Counted from the stretch's first letter, positions 9,357 through 17,463 are shown. The stretch: 64,000 nt of DNA from an uncultured Candidatus Saccharibacteria bacterium (GCA_964460855.1 CAYWQH010000003.1:617-64616), one strand, 5' to 3'. A program made the numbers and translations. The notes: generated from the letters alone by a model not told the origin.

Positions 9357-9365
9357 CCCCCCCCC
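9357..9365 (+). repeat. C9 homopolymer tract in a GC-rich non-coding patch
   Basis: Read directly: ggggtaCCCCCCCCCgagg. Confidence 0.9.
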
Positions 9366-9491
9366 GAGGTTCTAACGCAGTACGGCCAATCCCTCTAAAC
9401 CCCACTTCAGCTCGCCCGCAACTATATAGGCAAGGCCATTAGGATACTTAAAGCACTACTATGTAAGGCTCCACCACCCCTGTTTCCAAGA

Positions 9492-9520
9492 TTGATTTAT
9501 GCAGTACTAAACTGTAGAAT
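9492..9520 (+). promoter_or_regulatory. near-consensus sigma70-type promoter (TTGATT-17 nt-TAGAAT)
   Basis: Hexamers at 9492-9497 and 9515-9520 with a 17-nt spacer. The first credible start codon is about 130 nt downstream. Confidence 0.5.
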
Positions 9521-9647
9521 AGCTATTAAGCAGGGTTCCTACTTTGTAGACAACGCTGCACCAAAAAAATATGCCCATCTTTGCGATGCGTGTATTTTTT
9601 TTGGCCTCACGGTAGGATTCGCCCCGACGAAGGGAACCTTCGGAGGT

Positions 9648-9680
9648 CATAAAGTGCCGGGGGCACTTTATGTTTTCCTT
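9648..9680 (+). terminator. perfect 11-bp hairpin plus T-run (terminator-like or start-codon-sequestering)
   Basis: CATAAAGTGCC-GGG-GGCACTTTATG followed by TTTTCCTT. The 5' arm contains GTG 9654, which lies 7 nt downstream of GGAGG 9642-9646. Confidence 0.4.
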
Positions 9681-9959
9681 GCTTGTCAGAGCGCGGAGGC
9701 TTTAGCCGAGCGCGAATCTATTAAGTGCGAATCCCAATGGCAAATATTCTTTGCTATAATTCGCCGCATGACAATCAGCCGTATACTAAAAGAAGCCGCT
9801 TACACAATAAGTTTAGTAATTAACCCTTGGTTTGTCGGTGATAATGATAACCCTCAAGATATTCCACTATGGGCTGCAGTAGCAATTTGCCTAATCTCAT
9901 TTATTTTTCTGGGCTTGCTATTAATCGCCGCAATTACTTATTTGAATCGTGTAATATAA
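9654..9959 (+). CDS. small membrane protein (101 aa from GTG 9654; 63 aa if ATG 9768 is used)
   Basis: C-terminal TM helix LWAAVAICLISFIFLGLLLIAAITYL. GGAGG lies 7 nt before GTG 9654. Alternative start ATG 9768 sits 7 nt after TATAAT (9755-9760). The TTG 9492 start in the ORF track coincides with the -35 box and is unlikely. Confidence 0.45.
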   Translation: MPGALYVFLACQSAEALAERESIKCESQWQIFFAIIRRMTISRILKEAAYTISLVINPWFVGDNDNPQDIPLWAAVAICLISFIFLGLLLIAAITYLNRVI

Positions 9960-9981
9960 CTAAAGTAAATATTGTTAACAT

Positions 9982-10359
9982 ATGCCCAAAAAAGATCCAA
10001 GAGTAGGTGAATATATAAGTAACTTACCGGCTTGGCAGCAAGATGTTTGCCATAAAGTTCGCGAGCTTATTCACGCTGCTGACGAACAAATACAGGAAAC
10101 AATTAAATTTACCAACCGCCCGTACTTTGTATTAAATGGCAACATCTGCGCTTTATTGGCAACTAAAGACCATGTTAATGTTTTTATTTACGACCCGGTG
10201 GCGCCGGATCCCCAAAATATTATCAACCAGGGCCACGGCAATAAAACTGCCCGGGCGATTCAGATTTATCAGAATAGCCAGCTAAACGAAGAGGCGATGC
10301 TCCAACTATTCAAAGACATTATCAAAAATAACCGCGCTGGCGGCTGGCGCCATATTTAA
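9982..10359 (+). CDS. DUF1801 (YdhG-like) domain protein
   Basis: 125 aa. The pattern ETIKFTNRPYFVLNGNICALLATKDHVNVFIY is typical of DUF1801 from memory. Confidence 0.65.
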   Translation: MPKKDPRVGEYISNLPAWQQDVCHKVRELIHAADEQIQETIKFTNRPYFVLNGNICALLATKDHVNVFIYDPVAPDPQNIINQGHGNKTARAIQIYQNSQLNEEAMLQLFKDIIKNNRAGGWRHI

Positions 10360-10973
10360 CCAGCGCGTTTTTTTAAATATTTAGGCATTTCATATCTGGA
10401 ATAGCTCCGGAACAATCCTCGCCCGTAAATAATCCGGCAGAGGCATTCGGCCTCCATTTTGGCGCCCCGCAGGGCATTACGCGGTTTAATTTCGTTCGGC
10501 AGTCCGCAAAAAGGGAAGATCGTATCGGTGTCCATTACCGACCAGCCATCGGTTAAAGGTATAACTTTCTTTAGCTGCAGCATCTTGGCGTAAGCCAAGC
10601 TATGCAAGTCTATTGAGCGGCGGTGCAGGCGGAGGGATAGGCCACACTGCTCGGCTTTGGCGTTAATGAAAGGCACGTCAAAGGCCGCAATATGCATGCC
10701 GCCAACGATTTTTTCGTTGCGGTTTTGTAGCCATTTATCGAAATCATAAAGCAATTGCTTGGTGCTGGCTTTGTCTTTGCTATGGGCTTCTTCGGGTGTA
10801 AAGCCATTAATCTCTAAAGCTTCGGCATCGATCTTTTCGCCCTGCCTAACGCGGCACTCGCCGTAAAATGTATCTTGAGGCCGGGCTAAATCAACCGCGC
10901 CAATTGCTAATAAACCGTTTTTCTCAGCTGAAAGGCCGGATGTCTCAATATCCAAAACTACCATTGCTAACAT
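10356..10973 (-). CDS. DEDD-family 3'-5' exonuclease (DnaQ/epsilon-like domain)
   Basis: Exo I motif VVLDIETSGL. Later IAAFDVPFI and HRRSIDLHSL are consistent with DEDDh exonucleases. Confidence 0.85.
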   Translation of the reverse strand: MLAMVVLDIETSGLSAEKNGLLAIGAVDLARPQDTFYGECRVRQGEKIDAEALEINGFTPEEAHSKDKASTKQLLYDFDKWLQNRNEKIVGGMHIAAFDVPFINAKAEQCGLSLRLHRRSIDLHSLAYAKMLQLKKVIPLTDGWSVMDTDTIFPFCGLPNEIKPRNALRGAKMEAECLCRIIYGRGLFRSYSRYEMPKYLKKRAG

Positions 10974-11039
10974 TATAATCGAGGCGGCGGCTTTAGGGTT
11001 ACCTTTCGGCGCTCTATCTGTTAAAATTAGCCCGTTAAT

Positions 11040-11114
11040 GCCGTTGTAGCTCAGTGGTAGAGCACCTCCATGGTAAGGAGGGGGTCACGAGTTCAAGTCT
11101 CGTCAACGGCTCCA
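11040..11114 (+). tRNA. tRNA-Thr (anticodon GGT), CCA encoded
   Basis: Cloverleaf folded by hand: GCCGTTG/CAACGGC acceptor, GCTC/GAGC D stem, CCTCC-ATGGTAA-GGAGG anticodon arm, ACGAG-TTCAAGT-CTCGT T arm, T-CCA. Confidence 0.95.
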
Positions 11115-11166
11115 GTACTAGCTTATCAGACCTACTACCAAAAATAGACTAATTGCCGCGGCCGCT

Positions 11167-11331
11167 ATGGTTTTTCTTAGCCTGGTTATCTTTGGTTTAA
11201 TGAACTTTGCCAGTGGATATGTATTAGGAATCGGAGTGATTGGCTGCTTTTTCGCGATTTGCTTCTTTTTTGCTGTCATTTTCGAAGGCAGTTTCGAAAA
11301 AGCGATAGACGATTTGATTTATTTTTTTTAA
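11167..11331 (+). CDS. possible small membrane protein (54 aa)
   Basis: Below the ORF-track cutoff; my own translation gives MVFLSLVIFGLMNFASGYVLGIGVIGCFFAICFFFAVIFEGSFEKAIDDLIYFF. Two hydrophobic segments, no clear RBS. Confidence 0.3.
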   Translation: MVFLSLVIFGLMNFASGYVLGIGVIGCFFAICFFFAVIFEGSFEKAIDDLIYFF

Positions 11332-11353
11332 ATACATATGTAATTATTAAATA

Positions 11354-11569
11354 ATGAAAAAGAACGAACCAAAGCGCTTATATAGAAGTAAGAAAGACCG
11401 AGTAATTGCCGGGGTATGCGGCGGGTTGGCGGAGTATTTTAGCGTTGACCCAGTCATTGTCAGGATATTGGCCGTTGCCAGTATATTCTTAAGCGGCGTC
11501 GGCTTGCTGGCCTACGTGATAGCTATATTTGTAGTGCCAGAAAGCCCCGACCAAGCAGATACAGCCTAA
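11354..11569 (+). CDS. PspC domain-containing membrane protein
   Basis: [32 protein letters not shown] is the classic PspC N-terminal domain, followed by a TM helix. Confidence 0.85.
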   Translation: MKKNEPKRLYRSKKDRVIAGVCGGLAEYFSVDPVIVRILAVASIFLSGVGLLAYVIAIFVVPESPDQADTA

Positions 11570-11575
11570 CTACTG

Positions 11576-11604
11576 TTGGCAAGTTAAGCTTAATCTGTTA
11601 GAAT
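11576..11604 (+). promoter_or_regulatory. promoter of rpmG (TTGGCA-17 nt-TAGAAT)
   Basis: Hexamers at 11576-11581 and 11599-11604, 22 nt upstream of ATG 11627. Confidence 0.55.
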
Positions 11605-11626
11605 ATGCGCAAAGGATCTATTAATT

Positions 11627-11833
11627 ATGGCTAAAAAAGGCGATAAGCGTAAATTGATTGGCTTGGTATGCGAGGCTTGCGGCCGGCGCCATTATTACAC
11701 GACCAAAAATACCATGAACACTCCAGACAAACTGGAAGTTCGCAAGTATTGCCCGACCAACCGGGTTTACTCTATTCATACCGAGACGCGCAAAAACTTA
11801 GGGCGCAACGAAGTTAAACCCCGCAAAAAATAA
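11627..11833 (+). CDS. rpmG: 50S ribosomal protein L33
   Basis: MAKKGDKRKLIGLVCEACGRRHYYTTKNTMNTPDKLEVRKYCPTNRVYSIHTE matches the L33 pattern. A ~14-aa basic C-terminal extension is present. Confidence 0.9.
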   Translation: MAKKGDKRKLIGLVCEACGRRHYYTTKNTMNTPDKLEVRKYCPTNRVYSIHTETRKNLGRNEVKPRKK

Positions 11834-11842
11834 ATAAAGCTT

Positions 11843-13780
11843 CTAATTACCTTGATGCATAAGTAACAAGGTATTAATAAATTCGGCGTGGCTCCATACC
11901 AGCGGCGTCACCCCCAGGGGTTGGCCGTTAACGGGGTCAAGTTGTTCAGAGAATAAATCGCTTGGCGTTTTGTGCTTTATTACCCAATCAATAATAGCGT
12001 TGGCTTTGTCCAGCTTGCCGCTTTTTACGTAATACTGCGCCATCCATAAAGTACATACATACCATGGGTTGCCTGGATAGTCATGGTGCTCCAAAAAATA
12101 TTGGTCGTTAACGTAGCGGGCCACGCCACCGGTTGGCGAACGGTCCATTAGTTTTTGCTCGGTAACTTCCATAGCCTGGCTCAGCGCGCCGCTGCCGGCC
12201 CGGCTGGAGTCATACATAAATACACCGAATGCGCTGCTTATATCCACTGTATTATCAAATTCCAAGTTGCCGTCTTCGCCGGTTAGGAGGCTTTTGCGGT
12301 AGCATTGCATCTCAGGATTAAACAGTAGTTTCATGCCTTCTTCGATCCGGGCAGCCGCCAGGCGCCATTTGGCGGACTCTACGCTGCGGCCGCAAACATT
12401 GGCCAGCCCGGCCGCCGTATTCAGCGCCGCTAAAGTAACGGCTGCGGTATATGTGTGGGTTGCAAATTTTTCTTCCCAAAGGTCGTAACTGGCATGGGGC
12501 AGGTTGGTGTCTTTATGTATAAAGCCGGCCATAAAATTGCCGGCCGGCCGGATAAATTTATTAAAGTTAGCTTTTATGTATTCCACGTCGTGTGATTTAT
12601 CGAGATATCTGCCGAGGGCATAAATTACGCTGGCGGTTTCGTCTTCTTGGATTGCCAGCTCCGGGTGGTGCTTGTGCACCAGCGGGTGCCAGGTGCTGCC
12701 GATAGACCGGTCTGGTTGGTATTTATGCATCATGTATCCGTCGCGGTGCATGGTATCGATACAAAAATTAAAAAAGTTCTTAGCTTCGTCAAAATATCCC
12801 AGCTCGATTAAAGGCAGAAGTGTTAGGGCGCCGTCGCGCGGCCAGACGTAGCTGTAATAATCGCGGCCGTAGTTATAAATGCTGCTGTCGCAGCTGGCTA
12901 TGATGCCGCCATGATCGTCAATATGGGCTTTGATAACCATTAAAGATTTCTTAAACAGCGGCAGGTACTTTTTATCAAGCTGGTGCATTTGGTTGGCCCC
13001 TGTACTTAGCCAATGCTGCCACCAATAACGCGCCCGGTTGAGCCGGTCGGCCACGCCATGCTCAAGCAATTCCTGGTGGGCGGCTTCGGCGTCGGTTTGC
13101 GAATTATGGGCGATAACCCAGTAAGACAAGGTGTTTTTTTGGCCTGCGGCCATATTAAGCTGGCAGCGCAGTACGGAATCTACGCTGCTATGTTCTACCA
13201 GGTTATTGCTAAGCTCGCCGTCTTCGGCATCTTTAAAAGTACCTTCCTTGTTTTCGATGCCGTAGTTGCCTACCGCGAACTGGTCGAAGTGCTCGCCCTT
13301 ATCGTTTTGGGCATAGATAAGTAAGCTGACCGGCCCTTTGTAGTCATAAATATAATTTTCTTTGGGCACGAACAGGGCAGTGTCTTCGCGGCCCGAATTA
13401 CTAATTTGGAAAACCTGGTGAAAAAACACCCGAATATCGCGTTGCTGGTCGCTTAAATTAGTTACTTCCACCTGGCGGCAAAAAGCATTAACTTCTATAT
13501 CTACGAAATCCTGGAAGTAGAGTTGAACTTTAAGCTCCGGGTGCTTAGCGGTAATATTGCTAATCAGCGCATCTTCCTCGAATGAAGCAGAAATTTCCCA
13601 CGAGCCGTCGTCCAGCCAGTGAAAGGCGCCGTCTACCCACACGCCGATTTTATGGTGCGAAATCCGGGCGTTGCACAGGTTCTCCATGCCTACGTAAGGA
13701 TAGTAAAAATCATTAACCAGGCCCTGTTCGTTAAGGCCTATAACCATCGAACCATTGCTGAGCATTACTGCCCGGCTCAT
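11843..13780 (-). CDS. glycoside hydrolase family 15 (glucoamylase-like)
   Basis: 645 aa. The N terminus MLSNGSMVIGLNEQGLVNDFYYPYVG and the catalytic-domain motif YVWPRDGAL are typical of prokaryotic GH15. Confidence 0.88.
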   Translation of the reverse strand: MSRAVMLSNGSMVIGLNEQGLVNDFYYPYVGMENLCNARISHHKIGVWVDGAFHWLDDGSWEISASFEEDALISNITAKHPELKVQLYFQDFVDIEVNAFCRQVEVTNLSDQQRDIRVFFHQVFQISNSGREDTALFVPKENYIYDYKGPVSLLIYAQNDKGEHFDQFAVGNYGIENKEGTFKDAEDGELSNNLVEHSSVDSVLRCQLNMAAGQKNTLSYWVIAHNSQTDAEAAHQELLEHGVADRLNRARYWWQHWLSTGANQMHQLDKKYLPLFKKSLMVIKAHIDDHGGIIASCDSSIYNYGRDYYSYVWPRDGALTLLPLIELGYFDEAKNFFNFCIDTMHRDGYMMHKYQPDRSIGSTWHPLVHKHHPELAIQEDETASVIYALGRYLDKSHDVEYIKANFNKFIRPAGNFMAGFIHKDTNLPHASYDLWEEKFATHTYTAAVTLAALNTAAGLANVCGRSVESAKWRLAAARIEEGMKLLFNPEMQCYRKSLLTGEDGNLEFDNTVDISSAFGVFMYDSSRAGSGALSQAMEVTEQKLMDRSPTGGVARYVNDQYFLEHHDYPGNPWYVCTLWMAQYYVKSGKLDKANAIIDWVIKHKTPSDLFSEQLDPVNGQPLGVTPLVWSHAEFINTLLLMHQGN

Positions 13781-13800
13781 GCTGCCACCCCCAAGTTCAT

Positions 13801-15015
13801 TTAAACCGCAAAGCCGCGTTCGGCCAGGCGGTACTTAATATCGTGGTAGGCGTTCATAAAGTTAATAAAGGCCTCGTATGGGGTGTCGTATGGGCTGAAA
13901 TAGGCGTGAACGTCGCCGTCGTTAAACCACTTGGTGCACATGTAATAAAAATGGTCGCTGGTTTGCAGCAGCCGCCAGTCGCGGATCAAGTCTGAATCCT
14001 CAGAGCGGATAATCATGTCGCTAATGCCATACAGTGCCGATATGGCTTGTTGCTGCATCGGATTACCCAGCCAGGCGGTAAGGTCGCGCTCAGTGTCCGC
14101 CCAGGTAACGGTGTAGGGCATATCTACCTGGTCGGCCGGTTGGAAAGTATCAGCCGCTTCCGAAACCGTCATAAACGAATTTTCGGGGTTGGCCAGCCAC
14201 TTTTCGGGCATATGGTGTAGAAAATCAAATATACCGGTGTCTTCCCACTGGTGTTCGCCGAACGTTTCGTAGTCCATAAACAGGTTAAAAACATCGGCTT
14301 TGCCGGACTCGTCCAGCCATTTGGTAAATTTATCGGCGGTAAGCGGCCACTCGCTCCAGCTGCGGTTGCTGAAACGGAAGGCGATATCGTCGCTAAGCTT
14401 GTAGTTTTTGAGCAGAAGCTTGATATTCTCGGTACCTACCGGCCGGTAAACAAAGTTAGGGCTGCGCCAGCCCAGTACCGGGTCCCAGCCTTCGGCTAAT
14501 ATCGCCTTGTAGCCTTTTCGCTCGGCCCATTGGGCCAGGTCGTTGTTATATGCCAGCTCGGTGTTGCGGAATGATGTGGGCTTTTGGCCAAAGAGCTGCT
14601 GGATTTTGTCTTCGTGCTGCCTAACTTGTTTGTCGAATTCTTCCAGGCTGTAAAAGAAAGCCAGGCTGTGGTGGTAAGTTTCGCCAACGATTTCTACGCG
14701 GCCGGTAGCCACTAGTTCCTGGAAACTCTTGAGCGCGGCGGGGGCCCATAATTCCATTTGTTCCAAAACAGTACCGGTAATAGATATGCTTACTTTAAAT
14801 TCCGGGTGTTTATTAAGTAGTTCGAGTAACTTTTGGTTGGCCGGCAAATAAGATTTGGTAGCAACTTTATGCATGACGCTTTCGTTATTGGCGTTATTGC
14901 CATATGCGGTGCCGCTAAAGTACTCGTGGTTGCTGCCAGTGTCAAAAATAGTGTAATGCCGGATACGGTACGGCTGGTGGACATGCAAGTAAAGGCAAAT
15001 AGCCCGGCGGCTCAT
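13801..15015 (-). CDS. glycoside hydrolase family 57 (alpha-amylase / alpha-glucan-acting)
   Basis: CLYLHVHQPYR at the N terminus, plus GETYHHSL and FRNTELAY, all GH57 hallmarks. Confidence 0.88.
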   Translation of the reverse strand: MSRRAICLYLHVHQPYRIRHYTIFDTGSNHEYFSGTAYGNNANNESVMHKVATKSYLPANQKLLELLNKHPEFKVSISITGTVLEQMELWAPAALKSFQELVATGRVEIVGETYHHSLAFFYSLEEFDKQVRQHEDKIQQLFGQKPTSFRNTELAYNNDLAQWAERKGYKAILAEGWDPVLGWRSPNFVYRPVGTENIKLLLKNYKLSDDIAFRFSNRSWSEWPLTADKFTKWLDESGKADVFNLFMDYETFGEHQWEDTGIFDFLHHMPEKWLANPENSFMTVSEAADTFQPADQVDMPYTVTWADTERDLTAWLGNPMQQQAISALYGISDMIIRSEDSDLIRDWRLLQTSDHFYYMCTKWFNDGDVHAYFSPYDTPYEAFINFMNAYHDIKYRLAERGFAV

Positions 15016-16217
15016 GCTGCTGCCTCCGCCATATGCTTGTTATACATGTTAAATAGCTTGTCGGCGGCGTCGTTCCACGACATTCTCATCAGTTCCTGCT
15101 GGCTATTAGCGTGCAGTTCGTCGCGCAAAACGTCGTTACTTACGACTGCCGAAATTTGGTTGGCCATTTCGTTGACGTCCCAGTAATCGACTTTAAGGCA
15201 ATTATTTAGCACTTCTGAGACGCCGGATTGCTTGCTTATTAAAACAGGCGTTCCGTAACCTACAGCCTCCAAAGGGGTTAAACCGAATGGCTCAGACACC
15301 GAGGGCATAACGAATAAGTCGGCTACAGAATAAGCGTCGCGCCAATTTTTGCCGCGCTGGAAGCCGGTAAAGAATACTTTGTCGGCCACGCCCAGCTCTG
15401 CCGATAGTTCAATAAGTTCGTAGTATTGTTCGCCGTTGCCGACAAATAAGAAAAATGTTTTGGGGTGGCTTTTCATAACTAAGCTGGCTGCCCGCACCAA
15501 GTTGGGCAGGCCTTTTTGGATGGTTAGGCGGCCAACATTGGCTACAACTCTCCAGCCTTTGGTTTTCATGTATTCCAGGTAGCGGTATACATTCTGGTCG
15601 TCTAGCTTGCCATATTCGGCCAGGTCAATGCTGTTATGCACCACATCGATTTTATCGGCCGGAATGCCGTATTCGTGTACGATAGCCCGTTTGGTGTGGC
15701 CGCTCACGGCTATAACCTTATCGGCCATCAACATAGCGGTATACTCAATTTCGCGCACTAGCGGGTTACCAAAGCCGCCGCCGGCCCGGTCGCGCTCAAT
15801 GGAGTGGATATGGACTATTAACGGGCGGTTTTTGCGCTGTTTGGCGCGGATAGCCGCCCTAAAAGTCAGCCAGTCGTGTGCATGGATAACATCAAACTCC
15901 ATGGCATCCACCATCGTGCCTACCGAATGTTCGTAAGCCAGTTGCTGGCCGTAGATATCTTTCCACTCTTCGCGGCCGTCGGAGTAGATGTACTTATAAC
16001 TGTCATAAGCAATGCCGCTTTTGAGAACTTCAACAACCCCTTGGGGGCTGGCGGCGATAACATTCATAAAAGGGGTGTCATGGGACGCTGAATAAGGCAG
16101 AATAAAATCTATATCTGCGCCTCGCTGGGATAATGCTTTGCACAACTGGTAACAGGCTACACCGAGCCCGCCACTATTATGCGGCGGCAACTCCCACCCA
16201 AGCATAAGAACCTTCAT
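15012..16217 (-). CDS. GT-B glycosyltransferase, glycogen-synthase-like (GT4/GT5)
   Basis: MKVLMLGWELPPHNSGGLGVACYQL (KxGGL-like) and a C-terminal FVMPSVSEPFGLTPLEA motif. The 4-nt overlap with the GH57 gene implies an operon. Confidence 0.85.
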   Translation of the reverse strand: MKVLMLGWELPPHNSGGLGVACYQLCKALSQRGADIDFILPYSASHDTPFMNVIAASPQGVVEVLKSGIAYDSYKYIYSDGREEWKDIYGQQLAYEHSVGTMVDAMEFDVIHAHDWLTFRAAIRAKQRKNRPLIVHIHSIERDRAGGGFGNPLVREIEYTAMLMADKVIAVSGHTKRAIVHEYGIPADKIDVVHNSIDLAEYGKLDDQNVYRYLEYMKTKGWRVVANVGRLTIQKGLPNLVRAASLVMKSHPKTFFLFVGNGEQYYELIELSAELGVADKVFFTGFQRGKNWRDAYSVADLFVMPSVSEPFGLTPLEAVGYGTPVLISKQSGVSEVLNNCLKVDYWDVNEMANQISAVVSNDVLRDELHANSQQELMRMSWNDAADKLFNMYNKHMAEAAA

Positions 16218-16260
16218 CCGTGGCTGTCTCTCTGTTTTGAACCTTATTTATCTTGATTGA

Positions 16261-16289
16261 ATTATAGGGTGAATTGCTTTTAAGCACAA
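16261..16289 (-). promoter_or_regulatory. promoter of the GT-GH57-GH15 operon (TTGTGC-17 nt-TATAAT on the minus strand)
   Basis: The reverse complement of 16284-16289 is TTGTGC and of 16261-16266 is TATAAT. It lies 44 nt upstream of ATG 16217. Confidence 0.5.
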
Positions 16290-16436
16290 CCGTTTTCCCC
16301 CTCAAGTTTTTTGTGTCGTAATACCTTAACAATTAGTTTACTATAAAGTGCTTATGGCACAACCTAGCAATTCGTCAAAAAGCTTGCATGATATGCTTAC
16401 TTATCCTATGGATGACACTAAAGGGTTTCTAGGGTA

Positions 16437-16478
16437 TGCTAATATCGTCTTTGTCCTTAGCGATAGGGAAAAGAGCAG
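16437..16478 (+). promoter_or_regulatory. tRNA-Trp promoter (TGcTAATAT) plus conserved 5' leader box TTGTCCT-TAGCGATAGGGAAAAGAGCAG
   Basis: Extended -10 at 16437-16445. The 21-mer at 16458-16478 is 20/21 identical to 55268-55288 upstream of tRNA-Gln. Confidence 0.5.
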
Positions 16479-16485
16479 CGCGCGA

Positions 16486-16561
16486 AGGGGAGTAGCTCAG
16501 TTGGTAGAGTGGCGGTCTCCAAAACCGTAGGTCGCAGGTTCAAGTCCTGTCTCCCCTGCCA
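16486..16561 (+). tRNA. tRNA-Trp (anticodon CCA), CCA encoded
   Basis: Hand fold: AGGGGAG/CTCCCCT acceptor, GCGGT-CTCCAAA-ACCGT anticodon arm, GCAGG-TTCAAGT-CCTGT T arm, G-CCA. Confidence 0.95.
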
Positions 16562-16685
16562 TTATAAAACGCTTTACTTTTTTAGCACTATGTGGTATTA
16601 TATAGTTTATCCATTGGGGTGGGACGACCACTTCCTGTGGTTGTTCTCTCTGTAAATCGTGCTCGTAACCGATAGAGGAGTTGAA

Positions 16686-16910
16686 GTGTTCAGGCTAGGA
16701 CATCTGGAAGATCTGGATAAGTACGTCATTCGTGACTGTACCTTTCCAGAAATGACGGATCTGCTGGCTGACCCGGGAACTGGAAGGAAGTACCCGTGGC
16801 TCTTCGACAGCAAAGAAGCCGCCGAAGAGTTCAAGCGCACACATTCCCCCGGTTTCGCCGCCAGGCTCATCACAATGCGCTATGGCGACTACCTGTCGCG
16901 CTGCGCGTGA
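16686..16910 (+). CDS. hypothetical small protein (74 aa from GTG)
   Basis: GAGGAG lies 5 nt upstream of GTG 16686 and TGgTATTAT (16593-16601) lies upstream. Four ORFs overlap here in different frames. This one has the only RBS and a globular-looking sequence (VFRLGHLEDLDKYVIRDCTFPEM...). Confidence 0.5.
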   Translation: MFRLGHLEDLDKYVIRDCTFPEMTDLLADPGTGRKYPWLFDSKEAAEEFKRTHSPGFAARLITMRYGDYLSRCA

Positions 16911-16953
16911 GCTCAGCTCGTCAGTCACTACAAAAGCACAACCGCAGAGAGCC

Positions 16954-17021
16954 GCCGGGAGGCGTAAAACAAACCTCCCGGCAGTTCCCAAGCCAACCAA
17001 TCCTGATTGGTTTAGGAACTG
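16954..17021. repeat. two adjacent inverted repeats downstream of the 74-aa ORF
   Basis: GCCGGGAGG-N11-CCTCCCGGC (16954-16982) is followed by the nested palindrome CAGTTCC..AACCAATC-CT-GATTGGTT..GGAACTG (16982-17021). No T-run follows either. Confidence 0.5.
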
Positions 17022-17153
17022 CTAATGTTTAATTATTGCAACGTTGTTAATAAGCAACGGCTAATTATATTTGCTGAGATTCAACTGAAGTAACCCCTGT
17101 AAAGTTGTGGACAACTGGCCGAAATGCTAGTGCTAGTATGCTACGACCATTAA

Positions 17154-17414
17154 ATGGAGGAACGCATATTGAAAAAACCTAAGAGGATTGCCAGCTTATC
17201 GGTGGTAACCCTAGCATCCGTGCTGGCCTTAAGCGGAGCCGTCTACGCCTGTAGCGGCCACGTTAGCGCCAGCGGAAACCGGCCGGGATGGGGGCATGGT
17301 GACAAAAACCACCATCACACCGGCCCGCCGGGACAATCCAATCACCCGGGCCACGGACATGGCCACCATGGCGATGACCAAGGCGGCGACGGTGATTCGG
17401 ATTCGGACGACTAG
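17154..17414 (+). CDS. secreted His/Gly/Asp-rich small protein (paralog 1)
   Basis: Signal peptide (KKPKRIASLSVVTLASVLALSGAVYA), then NRPGWGHGDKNHHHTGPPGQSNHPGHGHGHHGDDQGGDGDSDSDD. A TTG at 17169, 6 nt after GGAGGA, is a likely true start. TGcTAGTAT at 17131-17139. Confidence 0.7.
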   Translation: MEERILKKPKRIASLSVVTLASVLALSGAVYACSGHVSASGNRPGWGHGDKNHHHTGPPGQSNHPGHGHGHHGDDQGGDGDSDSDD

Positions 17415-17433
17415 TTAAAATCAGAAATTCCAG

Positions 17434-17463
17434 GGCCGGCTCCCAGCGAGCCGGCCTTTAATT
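17434..17463 (+). terminator. intrinsic terminator
   Basis: GGCCGGCTC-CCAGC-GAGCCGGCC followed by TTTAATT. Confidence 0.7.

Noticed and set aside
9357-9365. The C9/G9 homopolymer as a phase-variation switch for the R-M island.
   Set aside because: It lies about 90 nt from the nearest -10 element (TATACT 9265-9270) and is not inside any ORF or promoter spacer. I see no mechanism for it. I kept it only as a listed repeat.
9366-9405. Similarity to the preQ1-I riboswitch: GAGGTTCTA...CCCTCTAAAC against B. subtilis AGAGGUUCUAGCUACACCCUCUAUAAAAAACUAA.
   Set aside because: The loop would be 22 nt rather than about 11. The A-rich tail and pseudoknot partner are missing. No plus-strand gene follows within 250 nt, and it lies upstream of the only good promoter. 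Probably coincidence; an Infernal scan would settle it.
9725-9742. GTGCGAATCCCAATGGCA as a tRNA 3'-end fragment marking an att site at the island boundary.
   Set aside because: Only the T-loop-like GCGAATC matches. No T-stem complement or acceptor arm can be built, and it matches none of the three tRNAs in the window.
9492-9959. 155-aa ORF as given in the track (start at 9492).
   Set aside because: The start is a TTG that coincides with the -35 hexamer of the best local promoter, and the N-terminal 54 aa have no RBS. I shortened the gene to GTG 9654, with ATG 9768 as the alternative.
16348-16530. 60-aa ORF overlapping tRNA-Trp.
   Set aside because: It runs through the tRNA promoter, leader and half of the tRNA. 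It is an artefact.
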